A stretch of 62,864 nucleotides of DNA, counting the filler, from Deltaproteobacteria bacterium (GTDB lineage: Bacteria > JACQOV01), in the NCBI GenBank assembly GCA_016202395.1. It is 5 parts of 5 records of this genome, joined end to end, with 100 filler letters (N's around TTAATTAATTAA, not from the genome) between each part and the next. Parts side by side here need not be neighbours in the genome. Positions count along the whole stretch, not along the records: positions 1 to 15,514 come from JACQOV010000062.1; 4 more parts are not named here. One strand, given 5' to 3'. A model generated the notes under the pieces. The model saw only the letters and a list, made by a program, of their open reading frames with translations, ran no database searches and was not told the DNA's origin. Shown in pieces: positions 1 to 8,710 of the stretch (position 1 is the stretch's first letter; every line of letters begins with the position of its first letter). The translations under genes were made by a program, and so were the position numbers.

Positions 1-330
1 CTCTGAACTCGCTAGCATTTCTCGCCTAGCCCGCCAGCAGCGCTTTGCGCAGCAATGCGGGCTGGCCACTGTAGGCTTCGCAAAGCAGCTACGTCCCCCG
101 ATTTCACCCTGGAAGAACGCGCACGGAAAGGATAGGTTTTGCGGATCGACACCGATTGTGGGCCATCCGCTCCGCTGCTTTGCTCAGCAACAGTGGCCAG
201 CCCGCATTGCTGCGCAAAGCGCTGCTGGCGGGCACGGCTCGAAATGAACCGCTCGTTCAGAGACCTACCTCCCCTAACGGGTACCCTAAAAATTTCGTAA
301 CGTTTGTTCAGGGAAAATACCCCAGTGGAT
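1..330. repeat. Long hairpin (MITE/REPIN-like) repeat, copy A, cut by window start
   Basis: 1-273 is the reverse complement of ~36538-36740 apart from two 36-nt insertions and scattered substitutions; perfect 44-bp inverted repeat 29-72/190-233. Confidence 0.85.
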
Positions 331-348
331 CCCTTCAACTTAAAAAAA

Positions 349-598
349 GTGGAAAAAGTTCACGGGAATGTTTTGTACGAGCGAGCGCCGCAAGATTTTT
401 GGGGTACCCCTCTTGGCGAAGGGAGCGTGCCCGCAGGGCCGATTTCTGCCTGCCCGCAGCGGCTACGCCGCAGACGTTGCAGGCGGGCTGTTTGAGGCCG
501 AAGGCCGAGTTCAGAAATCGAGCGACCGAGCCTTAGAGGGGTCAAAAATCTTGCGAGTGAAGCGAGAAAAAGCATTCCACTGAATTTTTCCTACCGAT
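349..598. repeat. Hairpin repeat family, copy B
   Basis: Right end (gtcaaaaatcttgcgagtgaagcga...cattcc) matches 36761-36798; 490-598 is the reverse complement of 62748-62864; left end resembles 56875-56937. Confidence 0.85.
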
Positions 599-672
599 AA
601 GTCCAAATTTTCTTGAAGCCGCTCGAGGAATATCCTGACTTAGAAACTGGGGGTGGGCAAGATCTAGTCGGG

Positions 673-701
673 TTGACACTCGGGGTCGTAAAGGATATTT
701 T
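673..701 (+). promoter_or_regulatory. Putative sigma70 promoter of the mutase operon
   Basis: TTGACA-17 nt-TATTTT just upstream of the ORF. Confidence 0.5.
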
Positions 702-703
702 CG

Positions 704-2350
704 ATGAAAATTATGGCAACGGATACCTCGACCTTCAATAAAACCCTCTCGGAATGTCCTGAGCGCGCCCCCCGTTTTTCGACGGTTTCCGATCTTGAGA
801 TCGATCGGCTCTATACCTCGACGGATTTAATCGGTTGGGATCCTCAAGAGGCTCTCGGCAATCCTGGGGAGTTCCCTTACACGCGCGGCGTTCATCAAAC
901 CCTGTATCGGGACAAGCTCTGGACGATGCGTCAGTTCTCCGGGTTTGGCACCCCCGAACAAACCAACAAAAGACTTCACGACCTCTTAAGAAAAGGGCAA
1001 ACGGGGCTTTCAATTGCTTTCCACATGCCCACACTTATGGGCTACGATTCCGATCATCCTCGTTCTCAAGGGGAGATTGGGAAATGTGGGGTTGCAATCG
1101 ATTCGCTGCGGGATATGGAGGTTTTGCTCGATAAAATTCCATTAGATCAAGTGACCACTTCGATGACCACTAATGCTCCTGCTGCGATTCTCCTTTCGAT
1201 GTACATCGCGGTGGCTGAAAAGCAGGGGGTTCCTCAAGAAAAACTTCGCGGAACAATTCAAAACGACATTCTCAAAGAGTACATCGCGCAAAAGACCTAC
1301 ATCTTTCCGCCCAAACCCTCGATGCGAATCATCCAAGATATTTTGGTTTATTGCACCCAGCGCCTTCCATTGTGGAATACGATTAGCGTTAGCGGCTATC
1401 ACATTCGGGAGGCCGGCTCCACCGCTGCCCAAGAGTTGGGATTCACTTTGGCTGACGGCATCGCCTATGTTCAGGCAGGCATGGAAGCGGGGTTGGGTGT
1501 CGATGAATTTGCGCCGCGGCTCTCCTTCTTTTTCAATGCCCATAACGATTTCTTTGAGGAGATCGCTAAGTATCGAGCGGCGCGGCGGATGTGGGCCCAC
1601 ATCATGCGCGATCGATTTAAAGCTAAAGATCCCCGCTCTTGGAAATGCCGATTCCACACGCAGACGGCAGGATGCTCCCTCACAGCGCAACAACCAATGA
1701 ATAATGTGGTTCGGACGACGATTCAGGCATTGGCGGCTGTCCTCGGAGGAACACAATCACTTCACACCAATTCGTTGGATGAAACGTTAGCGCTCCCCAG
1801 TGAGGAGGCAGTCACATTGGCTCTTCGCACGCAGCAGATTATTGCCCATGAAAGTGGCGTGGCCTCCGTTGTCGATCCTTTGGGGGGATCGTATTTTGTT
1901 GAAAGGCTGACGAATCAGTTGGAAGAAGAGGCCACTGCCATTATTGAAAAGATTAACGAATTAGGGGGGATGCTTCGAGCTTTGGAGATCGGCTATCCCC
2001 AAGAACAGATCGCAAAATCCTCTTATCATTACCAGCAACAGCTTGAACAAAAAGAGAAGGTGATTGTTGGCGTAAATAAATATGTGGTGGAGGAGAATGT
2101 GAGGCCTTCCCTTCTCCAGATTGGGGAGGCCGAAGAACAGCGTCAAATGGAGGCTCTCCAGAAGGTTCGAGTGGAGCGTCACAGGGATCGGGTGGAAGAG
2201 GCGTTAAGCCGATTATCGGAGGCAGCTCAGGGAACCAAGAATGTCATGCCTCCCATTTTAGAAGCGGTTCGGGCCTATGCCACATTGGGGGAGATTTGTG
2301 ATACATTACGCAATGTCATGGGAACTTATCAGGAGCGGGTGGCGGTATGA
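704..2350 (+). CDS. B12-dependent acyl-CoA mutase large subunit, isobutyryl-CoA mutase (IcmA)-type active site
   Basis: [51 protein letters not shown] motifs; no B12-binding domain; F and Q at the specificity positions. Confidence 0.9.
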   Translation: MKIMATDTSTFNKTLSECPERAPRFSTVSDLEIDRLYTSTDLIGWDPQEALGNPGEFPYTRGVHQTLYRDKLWTMRQFSGFGTPEQTNKRLHDLLRKGQTGLSIAFHMPTLMGYDSDHPRSQGEIGKCGVAIDSLRDMEVLLDKIPLDQVTTSMTTNAPAAILLSMYIAVAEKQGVPQEKLRGTIQNDILKEYIAQKTYIFPPKPSMRIIQDILVYCTQRLPLWNTISVSGYHIREAGSTAAQELGFTLADGIAYVQAGMEAGLGVDEFAPRLSFFFNAHNDFFEEIAKYRAARRMWAHIMRDRFKAKDPRSWKCRFHTQTAGCSLTAQQPMNNVVRTTIQALAAVLGGTQSLHTNSLDETLALPSEEAVTLALRTQQIIAHESGVASVVDPLGGSYFVERLTNQLEEEATAIIEKINELGGMLRALEIGYPQEQIAKSSYHYQQQLEQKEKVIVGVNKYVVEENVRPSLLQIGEAEEQRQMEALQKVRVERHRDRVEEALSRLSEAAQGTKNVMPPILEAVRAYATLGEICDTLRNVMGTYQERVAV

Positions 2351-2751
2351 AAGGGAAATTTCGAGTTTTAGTGGGCAAGCCTGGTCTCGATGGTCATGAT
2401 CGCGGGGCCAAGGTGGTGGCTCGGGCTCTTCGCGATGCGGGATTTGAGGTCATCTACTCGGGGTTGCATCAAACGCCTGAGATGATTGTGAACACGGCGC
2501 TTCAAGAGGATGTGGATGCCATCGGTTTGAGCATTCTTTCTGGGGCTCACAACACTTTGTTTCCAGAGGTGATTCGATTGCTTCGAGAAAAGGGTTTAGG
2601 CGATGTGGTCGTTTTTGGAGGAGGGATTATTCCGGATGACGACATTCCCAAACTCAAGTCTCAAGGGGTTGCGGAGGTTTTTACGCCCGGAGCTTCGTTA
2701 AAAGGGATCATTGATTTTTTGAAGACGGAAGAACAAAGAAGAAATGTGTAA
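2347..2751 (+). CDS. Cobalamin-binding small subunit of acyl-CoA mutase (IcmB-like)
   Basis: GLDGHDRG (DxHxxG), SILSGAH, GGGIIP; ATGA overlap with large subunit. Confidence 0.95.
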   Translation: MKGKFRVLVGKPGLDGHDRGAKVVARALRDAGFEVIYSGLHQTPEMIVNTALQEDVDAIGLSILSGAHNTLFPEVIRLLREKGLGDVVVFGGGIIPDDDIPKLKSQGVAEVFTPGASLKGIIDFLKTEEQRRNV

Positions 2752-2752
2752 T

Positions 2753-2815
2753 TGTCATTGCGAGCGAAGCGAAGCAATCCACTTGGGAGATTGCTTCGCT
2801 TCGCTCGCAATGACA
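2753..2815. repeat. REP/RPE-like palindrome (GTCATTGCGAG...CTCGCAATGAC type)
   Basis: Perfect 27-bp arms 2753-2779 and 2789-2815 with a 9-nt loop. Confidence 0.9.
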
Positions 2816-2829
2816 GGGTGGAGGTTTAT

Positions 2830-3993
2830 ATGGATCGACGAGTCGCTGTGATTGGCATTGGGACAACCGGCTTTCGAGCCGCAAGTCCTGAAGTTTCGTA
2901 TCGCGAGATGATTTATGAGGCGGCGGTTAAGGCCTATAGCGATGCGGGACTCGCTCCTGACCAGATTGGGAGTTTTATTGCTTGTTCGGAAGATATTTCC
3001 GAGGGGACGAGCATTTTTGATGAGTATTGTCCCGATCAAATCGGTGGGGCTCGCAGGCCGGTTCACTCCGTTTCAGGGGATGGATTGCACGGCATTATCA
3101 CTGCCGCGATGAATATCCAAACGGGGCTTTTTGAGACGGCTCTCGTCGAGTGCCACAGCAAAGTTTCTAATTGTATCGATCCGGTAGAGATTATGAATTA
3201 CGCTCTCGATCCCATTTACAACCGTCCTCTGGGAGAGCATCCCGAATTTATCGCAGGGTTGGAGATGCGCCGCTATCTTTACGAAAGCAAAGCTCAACCC
3301 AAAGATTGCGCTGCGGTGGTGCAAAAGAACAGGGCCCATGCCTTAAAAAACCCTTGGGCCGCCTATCCCGCCAATTTAGAGTTAGAAGAGATACAAGATT
3401 CCCCAGCCACCTTTGATCCTTTAAGGGAGATCGATCGAGCCCATCACGCCGATGGCGCGAGTGTGGTTATCTTAGCATCGGCCGATTGGGTTAAGAAGAA
3501 TAGAGTTAAAAATCCAGTTTGGGTGAAAGGAATGGGGTGGATCTCGGAGGATCCTGGTTTGGAGATGCGTCCTTGGGGGCGTTCCATCGCCACTCAGAAG
3601 GCGGCCAAAATGGCCTATAAACAGGCTGGGATTCGATCTCCTAGGAGTGAGATCGATTTTGCGGAGGTCGATGACACCTATTCCTACAAAGAGCTCCAAC
3701 ATTTAGAAGATTTGTGGTTCTTCCCATTAGGAGGGGCTGCGAAAGCGGTTCGTTCGGGTCTAACTCGATCGGATGGAAAATTTCCTGTGAATGTCTCTGG
3801 AGGTTGTTTAGGAATGGGAAACGCGGCGGAGGCCTCCGGGCTTCAGCGGGTTCTAGAGATTGTGACGCAGCTTCGAGGGGAAGCAGGGGTTCGTCAGCTC
3901 AAAAGGGTTCGTCAGGCGGTGGCTCAAAGTTGGAGGGGAATCCCAACAACGAGCTGCGCTGTGGCGGTGCTTAGTAAAGGAGTCAATTCATGA
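2830..3993 (+). CDS. Thiolase-fold protein lacking the catalytic Cys, Ltp4-like
   Basis: ATG 2830 after GGAGG; RVAVIGIG, DGASVVILAS, PVNVSGG motifs; HSVSGDG in place of CxS, DDTY in place of HDCF, GNA in place of GHP. Confidence 0.8.
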   Translation: MDRRVAVIGIGTTGFRAASPEVSYREMIYEAAVKAYSDAGLAPDQIGSFIACSEDISEGTSIFDEYCPDQIGGARRPVHSVSGDGLHGIITAAMNIQTGLFETALVECHSKVSNCIDPVEIMNYALDPIYNRPLGEHPEFIAGLEMRRYLYESKAQPKDCAAVVQKNRAHALKNPWAAYPANLELEEIQDSPATFDPLREIDRAHHADGASVVILASADWVKKNRVKNPVWVKGMGWISEDPGLEMRPWGRSIATQKAAKMAYKQAGIRSPRSEIDFAEVDDTYSYKELQHLEDLWFFPLGGAAKAVRSGLTRSDGKFPVNVSGGCLGMGNAAEASGLQRVLEIVTQLRGEAGVRQLKRVRQAVAQSWRGIPTTSCAVAVLSKGVNS

Positions 3994-5150
3994 GAAAAGT
4001 TGCAGTCGTAGGCGCAGGCCTAACCAAATTTATGCGAAGGGCTCAAGAAACGGGAAAGGAGCTCTCTTTTGAGGCCGCCCGTGCCGCGCTCGATAACGCC
4101 GGCATGCAGCTTAAGGATATTGATTGCGTTGTGATGGGAACAGCCCCCGATGCTTTCGATGGTGTTCACATGAAAGGGGAATACTTAAGCGACGGTTCCG
4201 GCGCTTGGGGCCGCCCTTACCTACGTGGCTACGTGGGTGGAGGAACAGGGGTTTTTGCCCCAATTCAAGGTTGGTACCATATCGCCTCAGGGATGTTTGA
4301 CACCTGCCTTGTCGTTTGTGAAGAAAAGATGAGTGGTTGCAAGCCTCATCCGCAAGGGGCTTTTTTAACTATCTTTGATCACACCACAGAGCGTCCCCTT
4401 TATCCGAATCTTCTTTGGATTTTTGCGCTTGAAATGAATCGCTACATGACGACTCACGGGATCACCAAACGGGAGATTGCCCATGTCGCGGTTAAGAATA
4501 AGAAAAACGCGATGGATCACCCCTCCGCTCAGCTTCCGATGGAGATTACCGTGGAGGATGTGATGAATTCGGAGGTGATGGCTTGGCCGGTGAATCGTCT
4601 TGATGTGAGCCCCACCAGCGATGGAGCTGCCGCGGTTATTTTAGCCTCAGAAGAGAAGGCCAAAAAGATTACGGACAAGCCGATCTGGATCCAAGGGGTT
4701 GGCTGGAACCTCGATACCTCTTATTGGACAAACCGAGATTTGTATTATCCTGAATATGTGGAGCGTGCTGCGCGAATGGCCTATAAAATGGCTGGAGTGA
4801 AGGAGCCTCGCAAGGAGATCCACATTGCCGAGCCTTATGATCCTTTCGATTACAAAGAGCTTCATCATATGGAGGGATTGCTCCTTTGTGGCAAAGGGGA
4901 GGCGGCCCGTTTAGCAGTGGATGGGGTGACGGCTCGCGATGGCGATTTGCCGGTGTGTCCTTCGGGAGGTTTATTAGGGGTGGGAAATCCGATTGCGGCT
5001 GCGGGGCTGATGAAGATCTCTGAGCTTTTTTGGCAACTTCGAGGGGAAGCGGGAAAGCGTCAGGTTCCGGGACAACCGAAGCGAGGGGTGGCTCAGGCAT
5101 GGGGAGATTTAATGCAGGTGGGTACCGTTGTTGTCATGGGAGTCGATTGA
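3990..5150 (+). CDS. Thiolase-fold protein lacking the catalytic Cys, Ltp3-like putative aldolase
   Basis: GTAPDAFDGV, SPTSDGAAA, EPYDPF, PSGGLLGVGNPIAAAG recall mycobacterial Ltp3; ATGA overlap. Confidence 0.82.
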   Translation: MRKVAVVGAGLTKFMRRAQETGKELSFEAARAALDNAGMQLKDIDCVVMGTAPDAFDGVHMKGEYLSDGSGAWGRPYLRGYVGGGTGVFAPIQGWYHIASGMFDTCLVVCEEKMSGCKPHPQGAFLTIFDHTTERPLYPNLLWIFALEMNRYMTTHGITKREIAHVAVKNKKNAMDHPSAQLPMEITVEDVMNSEVMAWPVNRLDVSPTSDGAAAVILASEEKAKKITDKPIWIQGVGWNLDTSYWTNRDLYYPEYVERAARMAYKMAGVKEPRKEIHIAEPYDPFDYKELHHMEGLLLCGKGEAARLAVDGVTARDGDLPVCPSGGLLGVGNPIAAAGLMKISELFWQLRGEAGKRQVPGQPKRGVAQAWGDLMQVGTVVVMGVD

Positions 5151-5167
5151 ACGGATTGGAGGTTTTG

Positions 5168-5758
5168 ATGAATGGATTAGAGACGACGCGTAAAGAAACA
5201 AAGTTAAAGAAGAAGGGGTCGGTGCCGCAAGCCAACGTTCCCAGTGGTCCGCTTCTCAAGAGAAAGATGGCGTTTGAGGGGACTCCACTTTCGGGAAAAG
5301 ATTTTGAACAAGGGAAAGTTCTTTTCACCACCTATAAACCCAAGCTCGCATATGCTTGGGACACAGGGCGCGCCATTGGCCGATACCTTCAAGGCCTTAA
5401 AGAGGGACGATTGCTAGGGGTTCGTTGTCGACATTGTGATCGGACCGTGATCCCTCCCCGAGCCTTTTGTGAGCGTTGTTTTCGCCCTATTGAGGAGTGG
5501 GTGCAACTTCAAGATCGTGGGGTGATCAACACTTTTTCCATCTCTTATGTCCGTTGGGACGCAGTGCGGCTGGAAAAACCAACCCTGCCTGCGGTGATTG
5601 ATATTGAGGGGACATCGCCTCGCGTGGGGATTCTGCATCTGTTGGGTGAGGTGGATCCTAAGCAAATAAAAGTGGGGATGAAAGTAAAGGCGGTGTGGAA
5701 AGCAGCCTCAGAAAGGATCGGAGCGATTACCGACATCCAATATTTTAAGCCAGAGTGA
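5168..5758 (+). CDS. DUF35 Zn-ribbon/OB-fold protein
   Basis: GVRCRHC...PPRAFCERC, then OB fold (IKVGMKVKAVW); ATG 5168 after GGAGG. Confidence 0.88.
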   Translation: MNGLETTRKETKLKKKGSVPQANVPSGPLLKRKMAFEGTPLSGKDFEQGKVLFTTYKPKLAYAWDTGRAIGRYLQGLKEGRLLGVRCRHCDRTVIPPRAFCERCFRPIEEWVQLQDRGVINTFSISYVRWDAVRLEKPTLPAVIDIEGTSPRVGILHLLGEVDPKQIKVGMKVKAVWKAASERIGAITDIQYFKPE

Positions 5759-5770
5759 GGAGGTCATTTT

Positions 5771-6244
5771 ATGGGAGTTTTAGAAAAGATAACATCGAAT
5801 CAGGAATTGAGATCATGGCCGGGAGAGATCCCTTTGGAGAATCTCTATACGATGGGACTGGCGGGCGAGCGGTTCTTTCGTGGAATCAAGGACGAAGCGA
5901 AACTTCTTGGCACAAGATGCAAGACCTGTGATGTAACCTACCTTCCACCACGGATTTATTGTCAAGGTTGTTTCGAGAAGCTCGTCAATTGGGTGGATCT
6001 TCCTCCTCAAGGAAAGTTGGAAACCTTTACCATTCTCAACCAAGATCGAGCGGGGAGGCCCTATAAAACTCCACGCATTCTAGGGCTTGTGCGAATCGAT
6101 CGATCGGAGGGAGCTTTAATCCATTACATCCAAGGGCTAGAGCCTCAGAAAATTCGGATCGGGATGAAACTCAAAGCCCAATTCCGTTCTTCCTCAGAGC
6201 GAAAGGGATCGATTCAAGATATTGTCGGCTTTGTTCCCGCTTAG
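5771..6244 (+). CDS. DUF35 Zn-ribbon/OB-fold protein
   Basis: GTRCKTC...PPRIYCQGC, IRIGMKLKAQF; GGAGG RBS. Confidence 0.9.
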   Translation: MGVLEKITSNQELRSWPGEIPLENLYTMGLAGERFFRGIKDEAKLLGTRCKTCDVTYLPPRIYCQGCFEKLVNWVDLPPQGKLETFTILNQDRAGRPYKTPRILGLVRIDRSEGALIHYIQGLEPQKIRIGMKLKAQFRSSSERKGSIQDIVGFVPA

Positions 6245-7158
6245 AATTTTAGCTGAAGGCCGAATGTGTTCGGACCGAGCATCGTGAACTGAAGACCGGG
6301 CAGAAAAAGAGGCTTTTTGTTCCCGAGATGCAGGTTTGCTAGCGTTCGGCCCACAAAAGTTCCAACCGCAGCTCCCGCAATCACGTCGGAGGCCCAGTGG
6401 GCGTTGTACTCCATCCTTGAGAACGCAACACCTGAAGCGATGCTGTAAGCTAAAAATGAAACCCAGATCTGATCCGAGTAATAAACGGAGTAGACCGAGG
6501 CCAAGCTGAAAGCGGCTGTGGCGTGGCCTGAAGGGAAGGAGGCTCCTTCCGTAAAGAAGGCTCCGTCATCGCTGGCGCGCGGGCGCTCGCGATCGAAAGT
6601 GTCTTTCAGCCCCTCAGTAATCAACGCGCTGTAAACTCCAGCCTCTAAAGCGGTGATGCCGAGGTCGCGGGTGTGTCGATGGCCCGCCGCAATCCCATAA
6701 GTCATTGGAAGCAAGAAGGCTCCCAAAGTCACATATTTTTCACCAAAAACTTTGAAGGCCGCACTCATTTCATGAACCGATTCGTTGGAATTCTCTTGAA
6801 CCCAGTATTTGATGTCTTGGTCTGCTTGTGTTGTTCCTCCGGCCAGAGCTCCGACCCCTGTGACGAACAGGCCTGTGGTTGTGGGAGAGTGAAGAGGCAG
6901 TGTGACGAGGTAAAAAGCGTCGTAAGAGAGGGTTTGCACAGTTCCAAGTCCTGTATCAAAATCGGCCTCTCGAAAAGGGATCTTAGGCGAAGCCTTTAGG
7001 AAAGTCGGTTGAAAGAAAGGCTCGCCCGATGAAATCCAAGATAGATCATCCATCGTTTCTGTAATCTCGGCTTCCATCCCCAGCGCCGATAAGGGCAGAA
7101 GGAGTGTTATTCCAAGAAGGCTTAAAAATCTTTTTAAATGGGGGGCAATGAGTTTCAT
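6241..7158 (-). CDS. PAP2-superfamily phosphatase with N-terminal signal peptide
   Basis: K..FDRERP, SFPSGH, SRMEYNAHWASDV motifs. Confidence 0.85.
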   Translation of the reverse strand: MKLIAPHLKRFLSLLGITLLLPLSALGMEAEITETMDDLSWISSGEPFFQPTFLKASPKIPFREADFDTGLGTVQTLSYDAFYLVTLPLHSPTTTGLFVTGVGALAGGTTQADQDIKYWVQENSNESVHEMSAAFKVFGEKYVTLGAFLLPMTYGIAAGHRHTRDLGITALEAGVYSALITEGLKDTFDRERPRASDDGAFFTEGASFPSGHATAAFSLASVYSVYYSDQIWVSFLAYSIASGVAFSRMEYNAHWASDVIAGAAVGTFVGRTLANLHLGNKKPLFLPGLQFTMLGPNTFGLQLKF

Positions 7159-7181
7159 CTTCTTTCTCTGACTAGAGACCT

Positions 7182-7198
7182 ATGCAAAAAGCGTGCCT
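7182..7198 (-). promoter_or_regulatory. Putative sigma54 (-24/-12) promoter for the PAP2 gene
   Basis: Minus strand AGGCAC-GCTTT-TTGCAT, ~25 nt upstream of the ATG. Confidence 0.65.
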
Positions 7199-7383
7199 TA
7201 AATGACTTCAGAGGCGTTTTTATAACTATCTGAAAAACAAACGTTTTTAAGAAGTGTTTTAACAGGAGGAAGGGGTGGCCTTGAATAATCTATGAAATGT
7301 TTGCACAAAATGTCGTTTTTCGCACACCCTGGTCTTGTGGTTGACACAGCCCGTAGAGTTCGTTATTTTGCAGATCTTAAATC

Positions 7384-8244
7384 ATGACCACTCAGCCTCG
7401 TGCCATTGACGTTCATGTTCACCCTTCGATTCCGGAGTATCTCTCTGAGGCGGGAGGGAAGTATCTCGAATCGGCGGCTCATTATTTTAAGCAGAAACTA
7501 GAGCCGACCTCGATCGATCAGATGGCCTCCTATTACCGCGAGCGATCTCTTTTCGGCGTTCTATTGGGATGGGATGCTGAGACGACTAGCAAGTGTCCTC
7601 CTTTATCCAACGATCTTGTGGCGGAGATTTGCAGGAAACATCCCGATGTTTTCATCGGTTTTGCCGGAGTGGATCCCTGGAAAGGAAAACTGGCCATCGA
7701 AGAATTAGAGCGATCGATCCAAGAACTGGGGCTTCGAGGGGCTAAATTTCAGCAAGCGGCCCAAGCTTTTTTCCCCAACGACCATCGGTTCTATCCTTTT
7801 TGGGAACTGCTCCAAGAATTGGAGGCCCCTGTTCTTTTCCACATGGGGACCACCGGTTATGGGGCGGGAGCTCCCGGAGGTTTAGGAGTTAAACTCAAGT
7901 ACACTCAGCCCATCCCTTATCTCGATGACGTGGCAGCCGATTTTCCACGGCTCCCTATTATTGGGGCCCATCCGGCGTGGCCCTGGGTGGATGAGATGAC
8001 GGCGGTCGCTCTTCACAAGGCTAATGTTTACATCGATCTGTCCGGTTGGTCTCCAAAATATTTTCCGGAGTCGTTGGTGCGCGACATGAATTCTCGTCTT
8101 CAAGACAAGTGCCTTTTCGGTTCTGATTATCCGTTTCTCGCTCCCGATCGTTGGCTTAAAGATTTTGAATCGCTTCCTTTGAAAGATGAGGTTCGGGAAA
8201 AGATCCTTTTTTCAAATGCGCAGAGGCTGTTAAAATTACCATGA
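7384..8244 (+). CDS. Amidohydrolase_2 protein, CouO-like (beta-ketoacyl-CoA hydrolase-like)
   Basis: IDVHVH, LFHMGTTGYGAGAPGG, AHPAWPW, IDLSGWSPKYFP, FGSDYP; TTGACA-17-TATTTT at 7341-7369. Confidence 0.8.
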   Translation: MTTQPRAIDVHVHPSIPEYLSEAGGKYLESAAHYFKQKLEPTSIDQMASYYRERSLFGVLLGWDAETTSKCPPLSNDLVAEICRKHPDVFIGFAGVDPWKGKLAIEELERSIQELGLRGAKFQQAAQAFFPNDHRFYPFWELLQELEAPVLFHMGTTGYGAGAPGGLGVKLKYTQPIPYLDDVAADFPRLPIIGAHPAWPWVDEMTAVALHKANVYIDLSGWSPKYFPESLVRDMNSRLQDKCLFGSDYPFLAPDRWLKDFESLPLKDEVREKILFSNAQRLLKLP

Positions 8245-8708
8245 AAAATTCCAAAAGGGGACTCCCATTGGAGAAAGTAAAAGAGGTTTCTTCAGGAGGG
8301 GTTATCTATCGCAGAGAAGGTGAAGTTTTGCAGGTTGCTTTAATCGCTCGACGGACTCGCAAGCAAGATTGTGTGTGGTGTTTGCCGAAGGGGGGGGTTG
8401 AGGAAGGAGAATCTTTGGAAGAGGCCGCAACACGCGAGGTTCGAGAAGAGACTGGACTGCATGGAAAACTATTGCACAAATTGGGCGAAATCCACTATGA
8501 ATATTTTTCTCCGGTGGATCGAACTCGTAGGGACAAGACGGTCCACTTCTTCCTCTTTGAGTATCTCTCGGGTTCCATGGAGGATCATGATGAAGAGGCG
8601 GAAGAGGTCTGTTGGTTTCCCATTGACGAAGCTCTTCGTAAAATCACCTTTGTGAATGAACGAAATCTGATCCAGCAAGCCCAAGAACATCTTTTGAAAT
8701 TATCTTAG
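8241..8708 (+). CDS. NUDIX hydrolase (Ap4A hydrolase-like)
   Basis: Nudix box GGVEEGESLEEAATREVREETGL. Confidence 0.9.
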   Translation: MKNSKRGLPLEKVKEVSSGGVIYRREGEVLQVALIARRTRKQDCVWCLPKGGVEEGESLEEAATREVREETGLHGKLLHKLGEIHYEYFSPVDRTRRDKTVHFFLFEYLSGSMEDHDEEAEEVCWFPIDEALRKITFVNERNLIQQAQEHLLKLS

Positions 8709-8710
8709 TG

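Noticed and set aside
12-583. ORFs in the first 600 nt, and similar peptides at 36455-36988, 36526-36825 and 62523-62849
   Set aside because: They are translations of the non-coding hairpin repeat, with no consistent frame or protein motif.
600-703. Possible cobalamin riboswitch before the B12 mutase
   Set aside because: No B12-box or conserved core seen; a promoter-like sequence lies immediately before the ATG.
2752-2829. N-terminal extension of the first thiolase-like protein
   Set aside because: It is the palindrome read in frame; ATG 2830 has a good RBS and a family-typical start.
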